Of a DNA stretch of 64,000 bases, positions 9,910 to 19,086 are shown piece after piece. The stretch's first letter is position 1. The number at the start of each line of letters is the position of its first letter. The notes under the pieces were generated by a model. The model worked only from the letters and a program-made list of their open reading frames with translations, ran no database searches and had not been told where the DNA came from. The stretch lies in assembly GCA_963674965.2 (NCBI GenBank), contig CAXXFL010000006.1, positions 64,001 to 128,000 of the forward strand. The letters are read 5' to 3'. The position numbers were made by a program, and so were the translations under genes. Source of the stretch: a bacterium (lineage in GTDB: Bacteria; RBG-13-61-14; DATKZS01).

Positions 9910-10268
9910 AGATCTAGGGACAGCATACTTAATTGTAGACATACATCTCCTCTGTGGCAAATTTTTGCCATGGTCAGGATGGAAGAACCGTTGTTCCTCA
10001 CGCGCCCCACCCGTTGCCCAGCGGGGCAACAGGAGACAGCAAACGTTATCGGTTAGACAAGGTACCCTATAAATTGGAGGACTTCTTGATTCTGCCCGTA
10101 ACTGGCTCCGAGGTATCGCGAATAAAAACGCGCGAGCGCGCCGAACGCCCCCTCGGGGAAAAAAACTTCGTCGCGGGACTCGAGACCGCCCTCGGCCGCC
10201 GCCTCGCCCCCCAAAAGCCGGGCCCAAAGCCTGAAAAGAAGTGAGTTCAGTATGCTGTCCCCATATCT
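9910..10268 (+). mobile_element. Internally deleted RAYT element, copy 2, with both terminal inverted repeats
   Basis: Near-identical to 7850-8190; left end AGATCTAGGGACAGCATACTTAATT and right end AGTTCAGTATGCTGTCCCCATATCT are inverted; retains QRGNRRQQT. Confidence 0.82.
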
Positions 10269-10458
10269 TACAAAATGTATGATGCCCTTCCACATGCTCG
10301 AACAATCGAGGTTGTAAAGAGCCAAAAGTCAATGATCCGAACTAACCGTAATTTCGATGAACCATCAAAGGTTAAGCGGAGACGTTGCGTTTGCCAAACC
10401 AACTATAAATAGAGGCATGCTTCCGGGAAGCAGACCCGACTAGAATCATGGGCTTGGA

Positions 10459-11712
10459 TCAGTCTCCCGCGACTTCAGTTGATGATCGATTCATCGTGAA
10501 GATCATTGCCGACAGCAGGCAGAACACTGGATATGCCGGTGCCAGGTAACGCGGCAGCCCCAGGAACAAGAGGAAATGGAACAGGCTAAGCCAGACCGGT
10601 AAGGCGAACAGCGGCAAGAGGTCCCGTGCTCTCCGTCGATGAATCATCATGGCCACCAAGGCCAGGTAAGATACTGTCCGCGACGCAAGGTAGGCCAGGA
10701 AACCAGCCCCGACCACCACCATAGACAGCCCAGCCCCGTCTTTCAATAGTGGATTGAAGAAATACTTCTTTTCGTCTCCCCCCTCCATGAAGGGAGTCCA
10801 CAAAGTAACCAGTCGTTTAAACATTGCCTTGCCCTGGTGCATTGGGTGTTCCATGAGGTAATCGATAGTGACCCTGTAAAGTAAATGGTCAGCTGAGACC
10901 TCATCCATCCCTCGTCGGCGAGCCGCAAGATAAATGTCATGACCATCGATAGGAATATAACTGCCTTGGTGGAAGGTACGCCCTCCAATGGTCGCAAGGA
11001 ACACAAACCTGTTGTGTACCATGAAGTCTCTCACGATCCAGGGACCGATAAGAACAGTTGTTGCCGCTCCGAAAAAGACAAGTGTCTTTAAAGCTTTCCC
11101 GCGCCCGAGTTTCTTTAGGTACCAGAGCGCGATAAGAGGCGCCAGGATGATGAATAGGGGACGCGTAAGAACCAGCCCACCAAAGACCAGGCCACCAATC
11201 AATGCCCGGCGCTTATTGCCCAAGTCTATGCCGCATAAAATTAACAGCAGCCAGGCAAGGAACGCGGCGGAGAGTACTTCGCTCATCACCATTCCCACCC
11301 GGTAGGCAATCAGACCATAGAGTCCAGCGGCCACTAGCGAAGGACCGTCCCTACTGAAAAGCCGCATCCCTAAAAGGTAGACCATAAAAACAGTGATGGT
11401 GTCGAGAAGGGCCTGGACCACCAGCACGGCCCTGGGAACTGGTCCAGTAACAACATATATGGCTGCGATGAAGAACGGGTATCCCGGAGAACGGCTGGAG
11501 CGGAAGCGAAGCCCCTTCCAGGCGGCCATGGGGCCTTTGTAATCGAAGTAATAGGCATGGTCGCGCACCAGTCCGGCCGCATACTGGTGGTACTCGTCCG
11601 AGTCTGCATACAGCACCGGCTCGGCTCCCAAGGCTATTAACAGCCTCAGTGCAAAGGAGAATGCGAGGATCCCTGCAAGAAAAAGGCGACTATGTTCAGT
11701 TTTGGTAGGCAT
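10459..11712 (-). CDS. ArnT/PMT-like (GT-C fold) membrane glycosyltransferase
   Basis: Start MPTKTEH; ADSDEY after TM1, R.PGYP.F, SE.L, L.LTRP, PW.VR, PRYLAP and many TM helices. The ORF-track extension to 11904 is translated repeat DNA. Confidence 0.82.
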   Translation of the reverse strand: MPTKTEHSRLFLAGILAFSFALRLLIALGAEPVLYADSDEYHQYAAGLVRDHAYYFDYKGPMAAWKGLRFRSSRSPGYPFFIAAIYVVTGPVPRAVLVVQALLDTITVFMVYLLGMRLFSRDGPSLVAAGLYGLIAYRVGMVMSEVLSAAFLAWLLLILCGIDLGNKRRALIGGLVFGGLVLTRPLFIILAPLIALWYLKKLGRGKALKTLVFFGAATTVLIGPWIVRDFMVHNRFVFLATIGGRTFHQGSYIPIDGHDIYLAARRRGMDEVSADHLLYRVTIDYLMEHPMHQGKAMFKRLVTLWTPFMEGGDEKKYFFNPLLKDGAGLSMVVVGAGFLAYLASRTVSYLALVAMMIHRRRARDLLPLFALPVWLSLFHFLLFLGLPRYLAPAYPVFCLLSAMIFTMNRSSTEVAGD

Positions 11713-11777
11713 CTGGATATATTTTAGAGCAATAGCCAGCCGATAGAAAGTACCCCGCCTTCGCTTATATCCTCGTT

Positions 11778-11912
11778 GGAAATCTGGGGACAACGGAAAT
11801 CTGGGGAAAATCTGGGGACAGCAGAAAATCTGGGGAAAATCTGAAATCTGGGGAAATCTGGGGAAATCTGGGGACAGCATACTTGGGAAATCTGGGGACA
11901 GCATACTTAATT
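11778..11912 (+). repeat. Staggered tandem array of nine 5'-coterminal copies of the element end AAATCTGGGGACAGCATACTTAATT
   Basis: Nine AAATCTG starts ending at variable 3' positions; only the last is complete. Confidence 0.9.
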
Positions 11913-11946
11913 GTTGACATACATCTTCCTCTGTGGCAAAATTTTT
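11885..11946 (+). mobile_element. Left end only of a third RAYT-derived element
   Basis: GGGGACAGCATACTTAATTGTTGACATACATCTTCCTCTGTGGCAAAATTTT matches the starts of copies 1 and 2. Confidence 0.8.
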
Positions 11947-11951
11947 CTGGT

Positions 11952-12126
11952 TCTGGGGTCATCATACTTAATTCGTTGTTTTCCCAATTATCTCCTCCGA
12001 GTGCCCGAGAAAACATTTCGTTTCCCGCTTGTATAAAGCTATTTAAAATCCGGCCTTTAAAACTATCACTGCCGATATTGACATGAGATATGGGAAACGT
12101 CAATAATTTAGTATGATGTCCTCATA
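11952..12126. mobile_element. Degenerate MITE/REPIN-like pair of the same inverted repeats
   Basis: TCTGGGGTCATCATACTTAATT (11952-11973) and AATTTAGTATGATGTCCTCATA (12105-12126) are diverged inverted copies around ~130 bp. Confidence 0.6.
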
Positions 12127-12290
12127 TCCACAGATCCGAAATTTTACTTACAAGCTTCTTGCAGGAAGAGAAGACAAACAATATTATCAGCTTAAGATAA
12201 TGGGAGCACATTTTAGGGACACGCGCGCGCCACTCATGAATTTTTTCGACTTGAGATTGTCCACCTGGCGACGCCTCCTGGAGAATTTTC

Positions 12291-12319
12291 TTGACATGTC
12301 TCCTGGAATCGGCTATAAT
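12291..12319 (+). promoter_or_regulatory. Consensus sigma-70 promoter for the RRM gene
   Basis: TTGACA-17 bp-TATAAT, a perfect match. Confidence 0.85.
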
Positions 12320-12495
12320 GTAGATATAGCACAAAGGGTTTAAGTACCTAACTTTTTCGACAAACTCGCCTATTGATCGAACTGTCTGACCAACCGGTCT
12401 CAAACCTCTCGAACATTACACGGAAACGGAATCCTTGGCGAAATTCACGAACATGTTTTTCCGCTAAGAGTGTTCGCAAATATTAGGAGAACTAA

Positions 12496-12807
12496 ATGAA
12501 TATCTATGTTGGAAACCTGTCTTATGACGTGGACGAAAATCAGTTGCGCAAATCTTTCGAGCAATACGGAGACGTCGCGTCGGTCAACATCATCAAGGAC
12601 AAGTACAGCGGACAGTCCAAGGGCTTCGGCTTCGTCGAGATCAACGACGACGACAAGGCCCTCCAGGCCATCGAGGGCCTTAACGAGAAGGAACTCGGGG
12701 GCCGCAAGATGAACGTCAACCAGGCCAAGCCCCGCACGGACAACCGCGGCGGCGGCGGCGGCGGTCGCGGCGGATTTGGCGGCGGCGGCGGCGGCCGTCG
12801 CTACTAA
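12496..12807 (+). CDS. RRM (RNP-1) RNA-binding protein with Gly/Arg-rich tail
   Basis: MNIYVGNL (RNP2) and KGFGFVE (RNP1); AGGAG RBS. Confidence 0.95.
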   Translation: MNIYVGNLSYDVDENQLRKSFEQYGDVASVNIIKDKYSGQSKGFGFVEINDDDKALQAIEGLNEKELGGRKMNVNQAKPRTDNRGGGGGGRGGFGGGGGGRRY

Positions 12808-12827
12808 AACCAAATCAGATCGGGACT

Positions 12828-12868
12828 GGCCCCGCCTGGACGCGAAGTCTCGGGCGGGGCCTTTTTTG
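12828..12868 (+). terminator. Intrinsic terminator
   Basis: GGCCCCGCCTG...CGGGCGGGGCC stem followed by TTTTTT. Confidence 0.85.
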
Positions 12869-13052
12869 CGGTTGAAGATTGGTATAAGACGTAGTGGCTG
12901 GATGGCGCAAGGTTTTTACACAAACCTTTTAAGCCGGCCAATAGTAAAACTTTCATCAACCATCGGGCGGACATACCAAAGCCCGGAGTCAGGACCGCCA
13001 AGCGGGACGCCCGCGGTTTTTACAAAACATCGCGCCGCCCAGGCGGGCACGT

Positions 13053-14168
13053 TCAGGTCGCTTCCCGGCGGGGCGTCAGCTCGGGCATGTATCTTTCGAT
13101 GATGGCCAACAGCTCGCGTCCTTTGGTCAGGTTTCCGAGGTATTCGGATATGACCGGGTGCATGAACTGGTTGAAGCGCAGATACTCGGGCCGTTTCTTG
13201 ACCTGGTCGATGAAGTGGAATCGTCCCACCACCTTGAGCATTCGGTGGATCACGCAAAGGTCGAAGGACCGCTTGAAGTCGTCGCGGTCGAGCCTCGCGC
13301 CCGCTCTTCGTTCATAGGCGTCGGCGTAGAACCATATCAGGCCCTCGATGGTCTCCTTGCCCAGCACGTACGAGGTGTCGCGGTCGTAGAGGAGACAGGC
13401 CAGGTCGTAGGGAAGCGGCCCGAGCAAGGCGTCCTGGAAGTCGATGACCCTTATTTTTCCGTCCTTGATGAGGAGGTTGTCCATGTGGTAGTCGCGATGC
13501 TGGAGCGCGTACTGTCCGGATATCATCTCCTCGATAAAGCCGTCGAAAATCTCGCCGATCCGTTTTCTTTCGACCTCGGCAAGAGCGCCCGGGGACCTTC
13601 CGTCCAGGGCGAACTCGACGAAATGATCCAGCTCCCACCTTAGAAGCTCCCTGTCGAAACTGGCCATGAACCCGATGAAGTCGTCCGATTGCCTGTCGGT
13701 GCAGTCGATCTGAATTTTGACCAGCTCCGAAATGGCCATCTCGAACCCCTCGCGTGGGGATCCGCCCTTGGCCACGAAGTCTCGAAGATGCTCGTCGCCC
13801 AGGTCCTCGAGGTAGACAAGCCCCATCCTCTCGTTCACGCCCAGGACGCGGGGAACGGCCAGGCCGCATTCATGGAAATGCCGGTGAGCGTTAATAAACG
13901 GCAGTTCCTGGACAAGGCCGCCGGCCATGACTTCCTCGATGCCCTTGGCCGGGTCGGGATCGGAAAGGACCATGACCACCATGGTCTCGGGGCCATCTCC
14001 AGCCGTCCTTACCCTGGCGTACCCTCTAACCGAGGCCCCGCCGGCAAGGGCCTCTATCTCGAGGTCTTCCAAATCCGAAAAGCCCATGTCCGCCAGGTCT
14101 TCCCTGATCGAGGCCGTGAGGACGGCCTCATCCAGTTTCATTTTTCCGCATAGTTCCGTAATGCTCAT
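13053..14168 (-). CDS. APH-family phosphotransferase, AmgK-like (MurNAc/GlcNAc 1-kinase)
   Basis: L.GGAS.R.Y.R, LEDLGD, HRDYH..NL, VIDFQDA..GP..YDL..LL.D, R.LKV.GRF motifs. Confidence 0.8.
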   Translation of the reverse strand: MSITELCGKMKLDEAVLTASIREDLADMGFSDLEDLEIEALAGGASVRGYARVRTAGDGPETMVVMVLSDPDPAKGIEEVMAGGLVQELPFINAHRHFHECGLAVPRVLGVNERMGLVYLEDLGDEHLRDFVAKGGSPREGFEMAISELVKIQIDCTDRQSDDFIGFMASFDRELLRWELDHFVEFALDGRSPGALAEVERKRIGEIFDGFIEEMISGQYALQHRDYHMDNLLIKDGKIRVIDFQDALLGPLPYDLACLLYDRDTSYVLGKETIEGLIWFYADAYERRAGARLDRDDFKRSFDLCVIHRMLKVVGRFHFIDQVKKRPEYLRFNQFMHPVISEYLGNLTKGRELLAIIERYMPELTPRREAT

Positions 14169-14220
14169 GGCAAAAAGAATTCTTCCTTATCTTGTTGATA
14201 CGCGCCCGCGGCTCGGTCGA

Positions 14221-14817
14221 TCATCGGGCCAGTTTTTCGATAATCGCCGTCACCTCGTCCGGGAAAGCCACCACGTAGTCGGCGCCTCCGCTTTTTACTC
14301 CCTCCCTCCCGTTGGTGACGAAGCAGGTATGAACGCCCGCGGCCTTGCCGCACTCGACGTCGTAGAGGAAGTCCCCCACCATCAGGGCCTCTGCCGGCGA
14401 GATTTTCCATTCCTCGAGCAGGGATAGAAGAGGAGCGGGATCGGGCTTGATGGGCATGCCCGAGTCCCGGGTTATGACCCGCTCGAACTCGATCCCGAGG
14501 AGCTCGATCACCCGGAAGGTGGACTCGTCCGAGTTGCGGGTGATGACCGCGTTATGAAGTCCGAGTTCGCGGACCTTATCAAGCATGTCCTTGACGCCCC
14601 GGTTGAGCTCGGCGTTTATCGAGGCTTCCTTCTCGTGCCTCTCGAGAACGGCCAGGGCCTTTCGCCGCTCGGCCTCGGGCATGGCCTCGATCTGGTCCAG
14701 AAGCGACTGGCGCCCAAAAGACGCCCCTACCTCCGTCCTGATCCGGGCGAAGTTTAAAAATGGCCTGGTGATAGTGCCGTCAAGATCGAATGCCACCGCT
14801 TTCAACATATCTACCAT
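14221..14817 (-). CDS. HAD-family hydrolase
   Basis: FDLDGT, ITRN, KPDPAP, MVGD...D motifs; start at ATG 14817 or 14808. Confidence 0.9.
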   Translation of the reverse strand: MVDMLKAVAFDLDGTITRPFLNFARIRTEVGASFGRQSLLDQIEAMPEAERRKALAVLERHEKEASINAELNRGVKDMLDKVRELGLHNAVITRNSDESTFRVIELLGIEFERVITRDSGMPIKPDPAPLLSLLEEWKISPAEALMVGDFLYDVECGKAAGVHTCFVTNGREGVKSGGADYVVAFPDEVTAIIEKLAR

Positions 14818-14947
14818 GTTAAATCCATCCTTTGAGTTCGGCAACTTTTTCGATTTTGCGGACTTCCCCCATTTTTCAAAACTCGGGATGTACGGCTCGC
14901 GGCGGTCTTCAAACGAAACGAAGGCCAAGCCCGAAGGACTTTAACAT

Positions 14948-15123
14948 GAGTAGCCGTAGGCGCAAGCCTACGGGAGGCGTGAAATACGAAAATTTCTTAC
15001 CCGCCCCTGGAGGGGGCGAACCTTGCCGGACGTCGGCAATCCAGGTCGCCGCGGGTCCGGCCCGTTCAGGGCCGAAGAATTTTTTTCCAAATCCTTACCT
15101 TAGGCCAAGGCCTACGGCTACTC
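14948..15123. repeat. REPIN-like element: inverted pair of GTAG-type REP hairpins
   Basis: GAGTAGCCGTAGG-cgcaag-CCTACGG and CCTTAGG-ccaagg-CCTACGGCTACTC; 13-bp perfect outer inverted repeat with internal hairpins. Confidence 0.7.
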
Positions 15124-15460
15124 GAATTTCCCCCCTTCGGGGGGAGGCGGCCGCGTCCATTTTAGCGGCGTCTCAGATAGTCCGCGCGAGGAGGCGACGA
15201 TCGATTTTCACTTCGAGCGGATGACAACTCGCCGGATGAAAAAAGGAACCAAGAGCGAAACGGTCAAAATTGGGGGAAGTTCCGTTTTCGATTTCGTATT
15301 CCGAAGTTTTTTGCTCGGGTTTCGATCTCGCCCCCCGGGGCGGGGCGGCGGGTAAGGCCCGTGAGGCAAACCCCTCCCTCCCGGCTGGTTGGCGGCGTTC
15401 CGGCTATTGTGTTAACATTTCGTTAAGCCGAACCGGGGCCTCGGGAAAGGGAACCGACCT

Positions 15461-16117
15461 GTGACTAAAAACGATAAAAAGAAAAATGACGTCGCTTCTC
15501 CCTTTCGTCTTTGCCTGGTTACGGACTCGAAAAGGACGGGCGAAGACCGCCTGGTAAGGGTGGTGACCCAGGCCGTCAAGGGCGGGGTGGACGCGGTCCA
15601 GGTCCGGGAAAAGCATCTGGGCGGAGCGCGTCTTCTCGAGATGTGCCTCTCTCTCGGGGAAGCGGTGGGAGACAAGGCCAGGATACTGGTCAACGACAGG
15701 GCCGACGTGGCCGCCTGCCTGGCCGGCGCGGGAGTGCATCTGCCGGGAAGCGGCCTTTCTCCAGCCGACGCCGAGATGGTTTTGGGCAAGGACCGACTGA
15801 AGGGCTTAAGCGCCCATTCGGTGGAAGAGGCGCTGGCCGCGGAGAAAGCGGGCGCCGATTACGTGATATTGGGCCCCATCCACGATACCGAGTCCAAACG
15901 CGCTTACGGGCCGCCGCTGGGACTGGGACCGCTGGAGAAAACCGCCGAAGCGGCGCGGGTTCCCGTCATCGCGATCGGCGGAATGGTCCCGGGCCGGGTC
16001 GCGGACGCCATAAGGGCCGGGGCCTCGGGCGTGGCGGTGATGTCCTACATCCTGGGCCATGAGGACCCGGAAAAGGCCGCCGCTGAAATTTTTGAGGAAA
16101 CGCTTGTACCGTCTTGA
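15461..16117 (+). CDS. thiE: Thiamine-phosphate synthase
   Basis: VQVREK, VNDRADVA, GVHL, SAHS..EA, DY...GP...T.SK, VIAIGG motifs; adjacent to thiC. Confidence 0.92.
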   Translation: MTKNDKKKNDVASPFRLCLVTDSKRTGEDRLVRVVTQAVKGGVDAVQVREKHLGGARLLEMCLSLGEAVGDKARILVNDRADVAACLAGAGVHLPGSGLSPADAEMVLGKDRLKGLSAHSVEEALAAEKAGADYVILGPIHDTESKRAYGPPLGLGPLEKTAEAARVPVIAIGGMVPGRVADAIRAGASGVAVMSYILGHEDPEKAAAEIFEETLVPS

Positions 16118-16171
16118 CGGCGGGCCGCATAGACGGTTGGGATGGCGTTTACGATATAAAGGAGGTACGGA

Positions 16172-17470
16172 GTGAGCGGAGACCGCACTCTTCTCGATAT
16201 GGCGCGGGCGGGCGAGACCAGCCCGGAGATGGTTGAGGCCGCGAAGGCGGAAAAGGTTGACCCCGAGTTCATTCGGGCGGGGATGGTCGAGGGGACCATA
16301 GTCGTCACCAGGAACCGGGTACGCGAGCGCGTCCGGGCTCTGGCCATCGGCTCGGGTCTTCGCGTCAAGGTCAACGCCAACATCGGTACCAGCCGCGACC
16401 ACCACGACGTGGAGGAGGAGGTCCGCAAGGCCAGGGCCAGCGAGGAGGCGGGGGCCGACACTATCATGGACCTCTCAACCGGCGGGCCCCTGCGCGAGCT
16501 CCGGAAAAGCATCATCCAGGCCACCTTGCTTCCCATCGGCACCGTGCCCATCTACCAGGCCGTGGTCGACGTGGTCGAGAAGGGCAAGATGGTCATCGAC
16601 ATGACCGCCGAGGAACTCTTCGGGGCCGTCGAGGAACACGGCAAAGACGGGGTGGATTTCGTGACCGTCCATTGCGGCGTGACCCAGGAGAACATGAAGC
16701 GCATCGAGGAAGAGGGAAGGCTCCTGGGCGTGGTCTCGCGCGGCGGGTCGCTCACCTGCGGCTGGATGCGCCGGAACGACGCGGAGAACCCTCTATACGA
16801 ACAATACGACAGACTCCTTGACCTGGCGAGGAAATACGAGATGGTCCTCAGCCTGGGCGACGGATTCAGGCCCGGCTGCCTGGCAGACGCCACGGACAGG
16901 GGCCAGGTGGCCGAGCTTGTCACCCTGGGCGAGCTGTGCAAAAAAGCCCGGGACGCCGGCGTCCAGGTCATGATCGAGGGACCCGGCCACGTTCCCCTCA
17001 ACCAGATCGAGGCCAACATCAAGCTCGAGAAAAGCCTTTGCAACGGCGCGCCCTTTTACGTGTTGGGACCGCTGGTGACCGACGTGGCCCCGGGCTACGA
17101 CCACATCACCGCGGCCATTGGGGGGGCCATCGCCGCCTCGGCCGGCGCGGACTTCATCTGCTACGTCACTCCCAGCGAGCACCTTCGCCTGCCCACGGTC
17201 GAGGACGTGAAGGACGGGGTCATCGCCGCCAGGATAGCCGGCCACGCGGCCGACGTGGCCAAGGGCCTGCCCGGCGCCATCGAGTGGGACAACGCCATGT
17301 CCAAGGCGCGCCTTGACCTTGACTGGGAAAAGCAGATCGATTTGGCCATCGACCCGGCCCGCGCCCGCGAAATCCGCTCCCAGATACCGCCCACCGACGA
17401 TGAGGTCTGCTCGATGTGCGGCGAGCTTTGCGCCATCAAGGTCGGCAAGCTGACCCGTCGAAAAGACTGA
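16172..17470 (+). CDS. thiC: Phosphomethylpyrimidine synthase
   Basis: KVNANIGTS, DTIMDLSTGG, GTVPIYQ, SRGGS, EGPGHVP, C-terminal CSMCG..C. Confidence 0.96.
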   Translation: MSGDRTLLDMARAGETSPEMVEAAKAEKVDPEFIRAGMVEGTIVVTRNRVRERVRALAIGSGLRVKVNANIGTSRDHHDVEEEVRKARASEEAGADTIMDLSTGGPLRELRKSIIQATLLPIGTVPIYQAVVDVVEKGKMVIDMTAEELFGAVEEHGKDGVDFVTVHCGVTQENMKRIEEEGRLLGVVSRGGSLTCGWMRRNDAENPLYEQYDRLLDLARKYEMVLSLGDGFRPGCLADATDRGQVAELVTLGELCKKARDAGVQVMIEGPGHVPLNQIEANIKLEKSLCNGAPFYVLGPLVTDVAPGYDHITAAIGGAIAASAGADFICYVTPSEHLRLPTVEDVKDGVIAARIAGHAADVAKGLPGAIEWDNAMSKARLDLDWEKQIDLAIDPARAREIRSQIPPTDDEVCSMCGELCAIKVGKLTRRKD

Positions 17471-17493
17471 AGCAAGCCGAGACCGAAGCCGCC

Positions 17494-19080
17494 ATGGAAG
17501 CCGACGTAATCATCAGGTCCGCCCAGGTAATAGACGGGACCGGCTCGGAGGGCCGCGTGGCCGACGTGGCGGTTTCCGGCGAGAGGATCGCCGCGGTTGA
17601 AGACCTTTGCGCCTGGCGGGCCGGGCTCGAGATCGACGGACATGGCAAGGTCCTTTGTCCGGGCTTCGTGGACATGCACGGCCACTCGGATTATTTCATC
17701 CTCGTTCTTCCCGGGGCCGACGGCAAGATACTGCAGGGCATCACCACCGAGGTGGTGGGCAACTGCGGCTACTCGGCGGCGCCCGTCCGGGGCGACCTGT
17801 TCGAGGACAGGCGCTCGAGCCACAAGGAACTGTACGGCCTGGAGGTGGACTGGACCGACTTCAGTTCCTATCTCGATCGAGTCAGGTCGGCCGGTCCCGC
17901 CATCAACCTTGTTCCCCTTTTCGGCTTTAACACGGTCCGGGCCTCGGCCGGTCTTTATTCCAGCGGGACGCCCGACTCGAGGTCCATGTCCGTGATGCTG
18001 GAGATGGCCCGGGAGTCCATGGACGCCGGGGCCTTCGGCATGAGCCTCGGTCTCATCTATCCGCCTGGGGCCTTCGCCGACGCCGGGGAGATATCCGTTC
18101 TTGCCCGCGAGGTGGCCAAGCGCGGGGGAATTGTAAGCTCCCACATGCGAAGCGAGGGCGACCGTCTTATCGAGGCCATCGAGGAGTCGGCGGCCATCTC
18201 GCGCATGTCCGGGGTCAGGTTCCAGATCAGCCACCTCAAGACCTCGGGGCCTTCCAACTGGAAAAAGCTTGACCGCGCCTTCGAGGTCGTCGAGGCCGCC
18301 CGCGCCGAGGGTCTCGATATCAGCGCCGACCGGTATCCATACCTGGCCAGCTTCACCCAGCTTTCGGCGGCTCTTCCCGAGTGGACCTACGAGGGGGGCA
18401 AGACCGCCTTCCTGGCAAGGCTTAAGGACAAGGACCAGCGGGACAGGATGCGGCTGGAACTGGACGCGGCCGACCGGCTTGGGGACAGGTGGGACCGGAT
18501 AGTCATCAGCCAGGTCTTCAAGGACGAGTTGAAAAAGTACGAGTCCAAGACCGTGGCCCAGGGCGCTCGGGAGGCGGGCATGGACCCGGTGGATTTCGTC
18601 TGCAGCGTGGTGCATGAAGCCCGGGACAGGGCGGCGGCGGTCTACCATACCATGAGCGAGGACAACCTGGGGCGCATTTACCAAAAGGACTGGGTCATGG
18701 TCGGGACCGACGGCTCGGTAAGAAACGTCTCGGGTATCCTGGCGGAAGGCAAGCCCCATCCCCGCGTTTATGGGACCATGCCCAGGATGATCTCCTGGGT
18801 GGTCGGGGAAAAAGGCTGGCTCGATCTTCCTGGGGCCATCAGAAAAATGACCTTTGATCCCTGCCGAGCGCTCGGGATCGGAGACAGGGGAATAGTAAGG
18901 GAGGGAGCCGCGGCGGACCTGGTGCTTTTCGATCCTCAAAATATCCGCGACAAGGCCACCTACGACAATCCTCAGCAATACCCCGAGGGCATCGAGATGG
19001 TGATGGTCAACGGCCGCGTGGCCGTTAGGAACGGCGAGCTTACGGGCGACAGGCCCGGCAGGGTCCTGCTTAAGGAGTAG
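17494..19080 (+). CDS. N-acyl-D-amino-acid deacylase (amidohydrolase family)
   Basis: PGFVDMHGHSD, GITTEVVGNCG, HMRSEG, ISHLK, HPR.YGT.PR. Confidence 0.9.
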   Translation: MEADVIIRSAQVIDGTGSEGRVADVAVSGERIAAVEDLCAWRAGLEIDGHGKVLCPGFVDMHGHSDYFILVLPGADGKILQGITTEVVGNCGYSAAPVRGDLFEDRRSSHKELYGLEVDWTDFSSYLDRVRSAGPAINLVPLFGFNTVRASAGLYSSGTPDSRSMSVMLEMARESMDAGAFGMSLGLIYPPGAFADAGEISVLAREVAKRGGIVSSHMRSEGDRLIEAIEESAAISRMSGVRFQISHLKTSGPSNWKKLDRAFEVVEAARAEGLDISADRYPYLASFTQLSAALPEWTYEGGKTAFLARLKDKDQRDRMRLELDAADRLGDRWDRIVISQVFKDELKKYESKTVAQGAREAGMDPVDFVCSVVHEARDRAAAVYHTMSEDNLGRIYQKDWVMVGTDGSVRNVSGILAEGKPHPRVYGTMPRMISWVVGEKGWLDLPGAIRKMTFDPCRALGIGDRGIVREGAAADLVLFDPQNIRDKATYDNPQQYPEGIEMVMVNGRVAVRNGELTGDRPGRVLLKE

Positions 19081-19086
19081 AAGAGA

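Noticed and set aside
10339-10378. Integron attC site (minus strand GCTTAAC...GTTAGTT around a hairpin)
   Set aside because: About 38 bp, shorter than typical attC sites; imperfect R' box, single copy, no integrase in the window.
11713-11904. N-terminal extension MLSPDFPS... of the glycosyltransferase
   Set aside because: It is mostly the translation of the repeat ladder; the real start is probably 11712.
11778-11912. CRISPR array
   Set aside because: Units are contiguous, unequal and lack unique spacers; no cas genes in the window.
15300-15460. TPP or c-di-GMP riboswitch before thiE
   Set aside because: Conserved aptamer cores are not found; GGCAAACC is present without the downstream GEMM elements.
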